64,000 nt of DNA from an uncultured Bacilli bacterium (GTDB taxonomy: Bacteria > Bacillota_I > Bacilli_A > RFN20 > CAG-288): assembly GCA_934725685.1 (NCBI GenBank), contig CAKVBX010000003.1, forward strand, positions 4,779 through 68,778, in the 5' to 3' direction. The notes under the pieces were generated by a model. The model was not told where the DNA came from. It was given only the letters and a program-made list of their open reading frames with translations, and ran no database searches. Position numbers and translations under genes: made by a program. How positions within the stretch are numbered: position 1 is the stretch's first letter; every line of letters begins with the position of its first letter. Below, piece after piece: positions 18,179 through 26,549 of this stretch.

Positions 18179-19913
18179 ACGATTCGCTACCCCTGTGGAA
18201 GAAGAAAACTATCTCGCTTCTGTCCGCCAAGCCATTATCGATGCGGTCAGAAAGAACGGGGGACACCTCTCTTCCAATCTCGGCATGGTCGAAACGACCT
18301 ATGCCCTTTTGTCTTGCTTCCATCCGCTTGAAGACGACATTCTTTTCGATGTCGGCCACCAGGCTTACGCCTATAAAATCATGACTGGAAGAGATCTTGG
18401 TTCCTTACGGCAGTATCAGGGCATCGCTCCATTCACGTGTCGGAAGGAATCCCCTTACGACAAGTACGATAGTGGCCATAGTGGGGATGCGCTCCCGACT
18501 GCCATCGGTTTTGCTTTGGCAAAGAAAGGAAGCGAATCCTTTACCATCGCTGTCGTCGGTGACGCTTCACTGAAGAACGGGCTTTCCGAAGAGGCACTGA
18601 ACTATCTTTCCGAGCGGAAAAACCTGAAGCATCTGATTCTTCTTGTCAATACCAATGGAATGGCCATCAAGAAAGTATTCACTCCCGAGTCCCTCAGAAA
18701 GGATGCACTCCGTGAGAACTGGATCACCGAGAGATTACAAACGAAAGCCGAATATAGTGAAAGTGCCTGGCGTGAGCTTGTAAAAAAGCGCCGCGAAACG
18801 ACAAGAAACGAGCACAATCGTTATCAGGCACTAGGTTTGAACTATCTCGGCATGGTGGAAGGACACGATATCGTTTCTCTGCTCGAAGGGCTTGAGGAAG
18901 CAAAAAAGGAGTCGGAAAACGGACCGGTCGTCCTTGAAGTGCTCACGAGAAAAGGTTACGGAATGAAGGATGCAGAAGCGGATGAGACTGGCATCTATCA
19001 CGGCGTCAATCCCGGCTTTTCCAAGGAAGAAAAGAACATAGATTTTGCTTACGAGAAAGAAAACATCCTGCTCTCCCTGATGGAAAAAGACAAAGATATG
19101 TACGTCCTCACCCCGGCCATGGAGACCAACTCCTGCCTGAGCCGCGTCTTTTCGAACTATCCTAGCCGCACCCTCGATGTCGGCATTGCCGAAGAGAATG
19201 CCGTAAGCATCGCCTCCGGCCTCGCCCTAAAGGGAAAACACCCGGTGATCGATATTTATTCCACCTTCTTCCAGAGGACACTCGATCAGGTCCTGATGGA
19301 TTTTTCAAGGCAGAAACTCTCTGCCCTCTTCCTTCTGGAACGGGCTTCCCTCGTCGGGGGCGATGGATCGAGCCATCACGGAATCTTCGATGTGGCCTTG
19401 CTCAAAGCCGTTCCGGATGCTAAAGTGTATTTCCCCTTTGATCAGGGCAGCCTTCATGCCCTCTTGGAGCGGAAGGATCTGTTTTCTGATCTCACCTTCG
19501 TCCGGCTTGCAAAAGAGGAGATGGTCTGCACCGTTCTTCCCTCTTATCAGGACATCACCTGGCTTGAAAGAGAAGAAAACGACCGTCTTCTTCTCAGTGT
19601 GGGACGCCGAGGCTTCGAAGCCTTGAAAATGACGACGGAAAAAGCCGATAAAGCCCTGCTTTTCCGCCTGGACGAGATTGATACGGATAAACTGCTTTCT
19701 TATCGTTCTATCGCCTTCTATGACCCCTATTCCATCGAAGAAGGAGCCGCTGATTCGCTCCGTGTCACGCTATCAAAAGCTGGCTATCAGGGCAAGTTCA
19801 GAACCATGACCCTTCCGAAGAACTTTCTTCCCTTCGGTACGAATGAGGACATTCTGAAGTCCTGTTCAAGGGATATCGCTTCTGCTCTCGCCTTCTTTTC
19901 CGACAAAGACTGA
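18159..19913 (+). CDS. dxs: 1-deoxy-D-xylulose-5-phosphate synthase (divergent)
   Basis: GGHLSSNLG, DVGHQAYAYKIMTGR, SGHSGD, VVGDASL...NTNGM and DVGIAEENAV motifs, in the xseB-dxs-recN position. Starting at ATG 18159 gives a 20-nt overlap with xseB. Confidence 0.8.
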   Translation: MWRALTERFATPVEEENYLASVRQAIIDAVRKNGGHLSSNLGMVETTYALLSCFHPLEDDILFDVGHQAYAYKIMTGRDLGSLRQYQGIAPFTCRKESPYDKYDSGHSGDALPTAIGFALAKKGSESFTIAVVGDASLKNGLSEEALNYLSERKNLKHLILLVNTNGMAIKKVFTPESLRKDALRENWITERLQTKAEYSESAWRELVKKRRETTRNEHNRYQALGLNYLGMVEGHDIVSLLEGLEEAKKESENGPVVLEVLTRKGYGMKDAEADETGIYHGVNPGFSKEEKNIDFAYEKENILLSLMEKDKDMYVLTPAMETNSCLSRVFSNYPSRTLDVGIAEENAVSIASGLALKGKHPVIDIYSTFFQRTLDQVLMDFSRQKLSALFLLERASLVGGDGSSHHGIFDVALLKAVPDAKVYFPFDQGSLHALLERKDLFSDLTFVRLAKEEMVCTVLPSYQDITWLEREENDRLLLSVGRRGFEALKMTTEKADKALLFRLDEIDTDKLLSYRSIAFYDPYSIEEGAADSLRVTLSKAGYQGKFRTMTLPKNFLPFGTNEDILKSCSRDIASALAFFSDKD

Positions 19914-19946
19914 CAAACGGCTGTACATTCTGTAGGAGGACAACTT

Positions 19947-21599
19947 ATGTTAGAGGAACTTCACATATCCAATCTTGCCGTCATCGAGGATACAACGCTT
20001 TTTTTCCACGGGATGGATACCGCGCTGGTCGGTGAGACCGGTGCCGGAAAATCCCTCATTGTCACATCCCTGAATCTGCTATTGGGAGAACGGGTCGATT
20101 ATTCTCTCGTCCGTGATAAGAATAGGAAGGCCATCATCAGCGGTGTCTTTTCGCTGTCCGAGGATTTTCTCAGCAAACAGGATGGCGTGAAAGAATATGT
20201 GGAAGGGAATACTCTGATTCTTAAGCGCGTCCTCAATCCTGACCACAGCGCTAGGCACTACATCAACGGCACTCCGGTGAGCGCCCAGGAGATGAAAGGG
20301 GTCTCCCTCCATCTGATCGATATCCATTCTCAGAATGCAAACAGCGACCTACTCGATGAGAAAAAGCAGCTTTCCTATGTCTATGGTTTCCTCTCCAAAG
20401 AAGGAAGGAAAGCAAAGGAGGCCTATGAGAAGTCTTACGCCTCTTATCGGAAAGCAAAAAGGGAGAAAGAGGATTTTCTTTCCTCCTGCCACGATATCGA
20501 TCTCGATTATCTGACCTTCCAAATCCATGAAATCGAGAAATATCAGCTGAAAGAAAATGAAATTGAGAATCTCAACGAAGAGTATGCCTCCTTGGCCGAT
20601 TATGCGAAACTTGAAAGCAAATTCAGCGATTACGAAAGCGTGAAAGAAGGAAATGGTTATTCTCTTACCTCTTCGTTATCCGAGGTGAGACGGAAACTCG
20701 GTGGCTTCAAGGGAACGTGCTTGGAAAAAGAGTGCGAATCCTCTATCGATGCCATCGATAACCTGGAAGAGAAACTCTCCGCACTCGAAGATGCCTTCTC
20801 TTCCCTTGATTTTTCCCCTCGGCGGATTGACGAAATCAATGCCCGTCTTTATGAGCTGAAGACACTGCAACGGAAATTCGGAAGAACGACCACTGAAATA
20901 TTGGAAAAGTATAATGAATTCAAAACAAAACTTGAATTTGCCAATTCCTTTTCGGAAAAAAAAGCGGAATATGAAGACAAAGAACGCCTCGCCTATGATT
21001 GCGTGCTGAAAAACGGCGAAGCTCTTCACCTGGAAAGTGAGAAAGCCAGGGAACGTCTCACCAAGGAAATCGATAAAAACCTTGTAGAACTCGGACTGAG
21101 GAAGAACGGCTTTTTCGTCCGTTTCGAAAAGCGGAATACGGCGGAAAGCGACGGGCTTTATTCCGCCGTATTCGAAGTACAGCTCAATGAAGGCATCGAA
21201 CGGGCGACCCTCAGAAGCGCGGCGTCCGGCGGAGAAACCTCAAGACTGATGCTCGCTTTAAAAGCGGTCCTCAATCAGGTCAATCCCTATGATCTACTCG
21301 TCTTTGACGAAATCGACACCGGCGTAAGCGGTAAACAGGCCCTTTTAGTGGCAAAGAAAATCCGTGAGCTCTCCAAGACGAGCCAGGTGTTAGTCATCTC
21401 CCACCTGCCCCAGGTCGTCGCCAGTGCAACGGAAGCCATCTATATCAGTAAAACGGTGAAAGATGGAAAGACCGCCACCGAAGCGAAGACGCTTTCAGAA
21501 GAGGAGTTCCTTCTCTTCATCGGTCGCATGCTCTCCGCTTCTACCCTGACGGATGCCGCCAAAGAGCAGGCCAAAGAACTGCGGAAGGAATTTCTCTGA
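19947..21599 (+). CDS. recN: DNA repair protein RecN
   Basis: 550 aa: Walker A GETGAGKS, a coiled-coil middle region, and a C-terminal SGGE signature followed by LVFDEID. Confidence 0.93.
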   Translation: MLEELHISNLAVIEDTTLFFHGMDTALVGETGAGKSLIVTSLNLLLGERVDYSLVRDKNRKAIISGVFSLSEDFLSKQDGVKEYVEGNTLILKRVLNPDHSARHYINGTPVSAQEMKGVSLHLIDIHSQNANSDLLDEKKQLSYVYGFLSKEGRKAKEAYEKSYASYRKAKREKEDFLSSCHDIDLDYLTFQIHEIEKYQLKENEIENLNEEYASLADYAKLESKFSDYESVKEGNGYSLTSSLSEVRRKLGGFKGTCLEKECESSIDAIDNLEEKLSALEDAFSSLDFSPRRIDEINARLYELKTLQRKFGRTTTEILEKYNEFKTKLEFANSFSEKKAEYEDKERLAYDCVLKNGEALHLESEKARERLTKEIDKNLVELGLRKNGFFVRFEKRNTAESDGLYSAVFEVQLNEGIERATLRSAASGGETSRLMLALKAVLNQVNPYDLLVFDEIDTGVSGKQALLVAKKIRELSKTSQVLVISHLPQVVASATEAIYISKTVKDGKTATEAKTLSEEEFLLFIGRMLSASTLTDAAKEQAKELRKEFL

Positions 21600-22732
21600 T
21601 GGAGAAAATCATTGCCCACGTCGATCTTAACGCTTTCTTTGTCCAATGCGAAATCCGGGAGAATCCCAGTCTCATGAATCTTCCAGTCGCCATCGGCTAT
21701 GACGGAAAACGCGGCGTAATCTCGACCTCAAGTTATGAGGCGAGAAAACGGGGCGTGAATTCCGGAATGCCGGTTTCCACGGCAAAACGGAAGTGCCCCG
21801 AACTTGTTCTCGTTCCCTCTCATTTTGACCTCTATCGACGCTATTCGAAGAATTTTTTCTCGTTTCTCCGGAAACGCTATCCGATTTTGGAACAGGCCTC
21901 CATCGATGAATGCTATATCGATATGACCAAGGAAGCAGACCGGGAACACCTCCACGATTATCTCTTCGATCTTTCGATGGAACTCTATCGGGCAACGGAC
22001 CTGAAATGTTCCATCGGCGTCGGTTGGACAAAATTCCTCGCCAAGATGGGCTCGGACTATAAGAAACCACTCGGTCTCACCATCTTCACACATGAGAATT
22101 TCCAAGCGATGCTCTTCCCCCTTCCCATCGAGAAAATGTTCGGAATCGGTGCGAAAAGCGCACCGAAACTGAGAGATCTCGGCATCAATACCATCGGGGA
22201 TTTCTATCATTTCTCGTATCCGGAAGAGAAGAAGATTTTCGGTTCCTATTTTACGGAACTGAGAAATCAGCTCGACGGCATCGGCAATGACGTGGTCGAC
22301 ACTTCCGGTTTTGATCCGAAGAGTATCTCCGCCGAGCGGACCTTCCTCAACGATGAAAGCAATGAAGACGAACTCGAGGAGATGATTTATCAATGCGCTA
22401 AGGACTGTACCAATGAACTGTTGGCCTACCATAAAGTCACCGACTGTGTCGGACTGAAGCTGAGGACCCCGGCTTTCGTGACGAAAAGCAAACGGATCAC
22501 GCTGAAAGAAAAGACGGATTCCCTGGAAGTCATCTATTCTGCCGCCCTCTCGATTCTGAGAAATGTCTATCATGGGCAGAGTTACCGCCTGATCGGCGTC
22601 CTTCTGGAACGGGTCAGTGAGAAGGACGGCTCAAAGGAAACAAAAGAGAAGCGGGAGGATGTGCTATCGATTCTGAATGAGAAGAATCCGACCGCAATTC
22701 CTCTTACGACCCTTTCGAAGGTGAAGAAATGA
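21599..22732 (+). CDS. dinB: DNA polymerase IV (Y-family)
   Basis: MEKIIAHVDLNAFFVQCE..., SIDECYIDMT. The start overlaps the recN stop (TGATG). Confidence 0.92.
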   Translation: MEKIIAHVDLNAFFVQCEIRENPSLMNLPVAIGYDGKRGVISTSSYEARKRGVNSGMPVSTAKRKCPELVLVPSHFDLYRRYSKNFFSFLRKRYPILEQASIDECYIDMTKEADREHLHDYLFDLSMELYRATDLKCSIGVGWTKFLAKMGSDYKKPLGLTIFTHENFQAMLFPLPIEKMFGIGAKSAPKLRDLGINTIGDFYHFSYPEEKKIFGSYFTELRNQLDGIGNDVVDTSGFDPKSISAERTFLNDESNEDELEEMIYQCAKDCTNELLAYHKVTDCVGLKLRTPAFVTKSKRITLKEKTDSLEVIYSAALSILRNVYHGQSYRLIGVLLERVSEKDGSKETKEKREDVLSILNEKNPTAIPLTTLSKVKK

Positions 22733-23607
22733 CCCTCTTATCCCTGCTCGACGAATATTCCGTCTATCTCCTTTCCGAAAAGGCGCTGTCAGAGAAGACC
22801 TACCAGGCCTATCAGAAGGATCTCCATGATTTCCTCACTGTCGTATCAAATAAGGAACTTCAGGATCTGTCGGATGAAGATATTGCGAAGTACCGTACCT
22901 GGTTGGAGAACCAAGGGTATGCCAGAAAGACCATGACGAGGAAAATTACCTCGCTCCGCTGTTTTCTTGCCTATGCGGAGAAGGAGAAGGGCATCTCCCT
23001 GTCCCTGGATATTCCGCTTCCGAAGAAGGAGACGAGACTTCCTGTCTATCTGACCGGGGATGAGGTCTCATCAATCCTGAAACAGTGTAAAACAGAGACG
23101 GAAACCGGCCTTCTTGACCATACGATGATCGCCCTCATGTATTTGACCGGACTCCGCGTTTCGGAGCTTGTAGGACTGAGAACGGACCGCATCTATCTCA
23201 AAGGCGGTTATCTCAAAGTCTTCGGCAAAAGAAACAAGGAACGAATTGTCCCACTCAACGGACAAGCACTGGCCTTAGTCAGGTCCTATCAAAGCCGGTA
23301 CCGGAATGCCATCAAAGACAATCCGCTGCTCTTCTTCGTCCATCCCGACGGAAAACCGGTGAGCCGTCAGTACTTCTTCCTTCACCTGAAGGAATGTGCC
23401 AAAGAAGCCGGAATCACCAAGAAAATCTCTCCTCACACTCTGCGTCATTCTTTTGCGACCGCCCTGCTTCTTTCCGGAGCCACCCTTGTCCAGGTCCAGG
23501 CACTGCTCGGACACGAAAACATCAAGACGACGGCAATCTACACCCATCTTACTGATTTGAAGGAGAAAGAAGTATATAATGATTGTTGGAAGAAAAAGAA
23601 CAAATGA
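22729..23607 (+). CDS. xerD: Tyrosine recombinase of the XerC/XerD family
   Basis: LTGLRVSEL, HTLRHSFATALL, LGHENIKTTAIYTHL. Lies upstream of deoB, as I recall for B. subtilis ripX/xerD (from memory). The choice of D over C is tentative. ATGA overlap with dinB. Confidence 0.8.
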   Translation: MTLLSLLDEYSVYLLSEKALSEKTYQAYQKDLHDFLTVVSNKELQDLSDEDIAKYRTWLENQGYARKTMTRKITSLRCFLAYAEKEKGISLSLDIPLPKKETRLPVYLTGDEVSSILKQCKTETETGLLDHTMIALMYLTGLRVSELVGLRTDRIYLKGGYLKVFGKRNKERIVPLNGQALALVRSYQSRYRNAIKDNPLLFFVHPDGKPVSRQYFFLHLKECAKEAGITKKISPHTLRHSFATALLLSGATLVQVQALLGHENIKTTAIYTHLTDLKEKEVYNDCWKKKNK

Positions 23608-23626
23608 ACCTCAGAAAGGAGAGACT

Positions 23627-24838
23627 ATGAAGAAATTCAGAAGAATGTTCGTGATTGTCATGGATTCGGTCGGTATCGGGGCGGAACCCGATGCGGACCG
23701 CTTCTTTAACGGCAGTCACAATGATGTCGGATCCAACACCTGGGTCCATATCGCCGAAAAGAAGAACGGGCTTCATGTCCCAACCATGGAGGCACTCGGA
23801 CTTCATGATCTCGCCCCAGTCCTCGGAACGGAAGAAGTGAACCATCCCCATTCCTATGTCCAGACGCTCCGCGAAGCGAGCAACGGCAAGGATACTCTGA
23901 CCGGGCACTGGGAGATGATGGGAATCCTGACCGAGCATCCGCTTGTCACCTTCACCGACACCGGTTTCCCGAAAGAGCTCCTCGATGAGCTTTCTGTACG
24001 TACCGGAAGAAAATTGATCGGAAACTATTCTCAGTCCGGGACCGTCATCCTCGATGAACTGGGAGAACAGTCCATTCGGGAAAAGAGTCTCATCATCTAT
24101 ACTTCCGCGGATTCGGTCCTTCAGCTCGCCGCCAATATTGATGTGATTCCTCTTGAGGAACTCTATCGTGACTGCGAAATTGCAAGAGAGATTACCCGGA
24201 AGGAAGAATGGAGAGTCGGCCGTGTCATCGCCCGTCCGTTCGTCGGTACTGAGAAAGGTCACTTTAAGCGGACTACCGACAGAAGAGACTACGCTTTACA
24301 ACCGAATGGCAGCACATCGCTCGACGATTTGATTGCCGCTTCGAAGGAAGTCATCGCGGTAGGAAAGATCCACGATATCTTTGCCGGCCGTGGCATGAAC
24401 GAATCCTACCATATCGACAGCAATCATGACGGTATGATGAAAACCCTCGACATTATGAAGAACCGGGACTTCGAAGGTCTCTGCTTCGTCAACCTGGCCG
24501 ACTTCGATGTCTTATACGGACACCGCCGCAATCCAATTGGCTACGGAGATTGCATCGAGGAGTTCGATCGGGATCTCAAGGGAATCATCGATGCCATGAA
24601 AGCGGATGACTGCCTGATGATCACTGCCGACCACGGCAATGATCCGACCTGGTGGGGGACGGATCACACCAGAGAACGTGTTCCGCTCATCACCTATTCT
24701 CCTTCCTATGAACACGGAAGAAGAATCGAAGAACGCGATACCTTCGGCTGCATCGGAAAAACAATCCTGAAGAACTTCGGTGTCAAACCGAGCGAGAACG
24801 AAATCGGTACTGTCATCGACGAACTTCTGGAAGACTGA
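23627..24838 (+). CDS. deoB: Phosphopentomutase
   Basis: 403 aa from ATG 23627 with AAAGGAGAG SD. MKKFRRMFVIVMDSVGIG..., ADHGNDPT. Confidence 0.93.
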   Translation: MKKFRRMFVIVMDSVGIGAEPDADRFFNGSHNDVGSNTWVHIAEKKNGLHVPTMEALGLHDLAPVLGTEEVNHPHSYVQTLREASNGKDTLTGHWEMMGILTEHPLVTFTDTGFPKELLDELSVRTGRKLIGNYSQSGTVILDELGEQSIREKSLIIYTSADSVLQLAANIDVIPLEELYRDCEIAREITRKEEWRVGRVIARPFVGTEKGHFKRTTDRRDYALQPNGSTSLDDLIAASKEVIAVGKIHDIFAGRGMNESYHIDSNHDGMMKTLDIMKNRDFEGLCFVNLADFDVLYGHRRNPIGYGDCIEEFDRDLKGIIDAMKADDCLMITADHGNDPTWWGTDHTRERVPLITYSPSYEHGRRIEERDTFGCIGKTILKNFGVKPSENEIGTVIDELLED

Positions 24839-24850
24839 TTCCACAATAGG

Positions 24851-24884
24851 CTCTCTGCTTCTGAAAAGAGGCGGAGAGTTTTTT
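24851..24884 (+). terminator. deoB rho-independent terminator
   Basis: CTCTCTGC...GCGGAGAG stem (7/8 bp) followed by TTTTTT. Confidence 0.7.
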
Positions 24885-25118
24885 GATGGCCAAAATTGTT
24901 ATAGTGTTTAATTAGTACTAGATACAAACTAAATATAAGCGTTCAACAATTTTTCATATAGTAGAAATGTAGTACTAGTTAAGTACTAAAATAATAAACT
25001 ACAAAAAGAGATTGCTTTAGGTAGATAAGGTTCTCTTGGAAAGCCAATTTTTTTAATTAGTAATAAACTAGCACTACTTAAATACTAATTTGGAGTATTC
25101 GGAATTATTAGATTTTCT

Positions 25119-25146
25119 TGTTAACATAATATCCATTATACGAACA
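25119..25146. other. dif: dif-like Xer recombination site (chromosome dimer resolution)
   Basis: Minus strand TGTTCGTATAA-TGGATA-TTATGTTAACA. Compared with E. coli dif GGTGCGCATAA-TGTATA-TTATGTTAAAT it matches 8/11, 5/6 and 9/11. It lies where gene orientation converges, 1.5 kb from xerD. Confidence 0.65.
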
Positions 25147-25263
25147 AGGTTGGCCAGAGCAGATAAAGTAATTTCTTACGTGATTGGCCACCAATTGATC
25201 ACTATTCCTAATAATTTGTCTTATCAAATTTTCTACTAATTATATACTAATTTTTAATCATTC

Positions 25264-25299
25264 AAAAAAGAGGACACTTTATCGTGTCCTCGATTTTTT
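25264..25299. terminator. Bidirectional rho-independent terminator (ends the rsfS-mtnN transcript on the minus strand)
   Basis: AAAAAA-GAGGACAC-TTTATC-GTGTCCTC-GATTTTTT. Confidence 0.75.
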
Positions 25300-25398
25300 A
25301 GTAAATTTGAAATTAGTGCTTAACTAGTACTATTTTGCTACTAAAGTTTCAAATATCAAAAATTAGAATTCTAGTAATAAAATAGTACTATATTACTA

Positions 25399-26085
25399 CT
25401 ATTTCTTGGAAAGTCCAATAATCATCTCTAAAGCCAACTTACCGGCACGGTTCGAAGCCTGGACAAGACGCTTCTCATAAGTGGTCTTGTTCTCTTCGCA
25501 ATTCGGATCATCAGAGATGGTACGGATGATGACATACGGAAGCTTACTCATGTAAGCGACCTGACCGACCGCAGCCGATTCCATGTCACAGGCCACCGGA
25601 TTATCAAAGTCCTCATAGACACTGGAAGAGAGATTGTCCTTCGTGACAAAGGTGTCTCCGGAAAGGACGAGACCGGTCTTGATGTACTTCCTGTTCAGAG
25701 AGAGTGCAATCGTCACCGCCTGATCATCGCAAGAAAAATAAAGAGGCATCGAACACATCTGACCGCGCTTATAACCGAAGGCGACAACATCGACATCGTG
25801 GTAAGCACACTTCGTGGCGACAAAGGTATCGAGCGGTTTCAGTTCCTTGGAGATGGATCCGGCCACACCGATGTTGATGATTTCGTCGACTTGGAAGTTT
25901 TGCAAAAACGTACCGAGCCTGTAGGCCATCGAGACTTTGCCAATCCCGCCGATCATGCCGTAGATGATATAGTCTTTCCCTTCATAGATGGAAATCGGGC
26001 CGATTTTCCTGACATCCGTCAAGGTTGAGAAAAGCCCGTCGAGTTCTTCTTTCTGGGCTGCGACGACAAGGAAACGTTTTGCCAT
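25399..26085 (-). CDS. mtnN: 5'-methylthioadenosine/S-adenosylhomocysteine nucleosidase
   Basis: 228 aa. GIGKVSMAY..., DMESAAVGQVA. Confidence 0.9.
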   Translation of the reverse strand: MAKRFLVVAAQKEELDGLFSTLTDVRKIGPISIYEGKDYIIYGMIGGIGKVSMAYRLGTFLQNFQVDEIINIGVAGSISKELKPLDTFVATKCAYHDVDVVAFGYKRGQMCSMPLYFSCDDQAVTIALSLNRKYIKTGLVLSGDTFVTKDNLSSSVYEDFDNPVACDMESAAVGQVAYMSKLPYVIIRTISDDPNCEENKTTYEKRLVQASNRAGKLALEMIIGLSKK

Positions 26086-26087
26086 CT

Positions 26088-26549
26088 TCAGAATTCCTTG
26101 TTTTCTTTCTTTCTTCTGCGATAGACGGGTTCCTCCGTCACTTTGACGATCTTGTGGGGGACGTCCTGATACAGCTGATCGAAACCGACTCTTTCGCGTT
26201 CTTCCTTGGTGAAGAGCTGAACGACAATGTCTTTACAGTCGATCAGCCACCAGTTGGAGTCGTTCTTGCCTTCGACATGATCGACTTCATGGTAATTGTC
26301 GTAGATGGTCTCCTTGGCTGTCTGGACAAGAGCGCGAAGCCTTCTCTCATTCTGGGAAGAGGCGACGACATAGAAGGAAACGAATGGAGAGTTGTTTCTC
26401 ACGTCGTAGACCACGACATCCTCTCCGAAGTTATAGGAAAGGTCTTCGGCGATGTGAAGCGGTCTTTTGTTGCGGATTGTCCCTTTGTTTTCGAGGACGA
26501 ACTTCTTTTTTGCATTGGTTTTCTTAAGCATGGTTTTACTCCTTATCAT
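26088..26549 (-). CDS. rsfS: Ribosomal silencing factor RsfS (Iojap family), with basic N- and C-terminal extensions
   Basis: ...VVYDVRNNSPFVSFYVVASSQNERRLRAL...WWLIDCKDIVVQLF... In the position downstream of yqeK. Confidence 0.88.
   Translation of the reverse strand: MIRSKTMLKKTNAKKKFVLENKGTIRNKRPLHIAEDLSYNFGEDVVVYDVRNNSPFVSFYVVASSQNERRLRALVQTAKETIYDNYHEVDHVEGKNDSNWWLIDCKDIVVQLFTKEERERVGFDQLYQDVPHKIVKVTEEPVYRRRKKENKEF

Larger units (their letters stand above)
24885..25398. repeat. Very AT-rich non-coding island with many short AGTACT / ACTAAT / TAGTAATAAA-type repeats, flanking the dif-like site
   Basis: No ORF of 60 aa or more in any frame. For example, only 13 G+C in 24901-24960. Repeat instances are listed in the findings. 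Confidence 0.7.

Noticed and set aside
24969-24992. Direct equation of the AGTACT/ACTAA repeats with B. subtilis RTP Ter sites
   Set aside because: Only the GTACTAAA core resembles the remembered Ter consensus. The spacing to the ACTAA-like half-site is wrong, and no rtp homologue is in the window. I keep it only as one hypothesis in the island finding.
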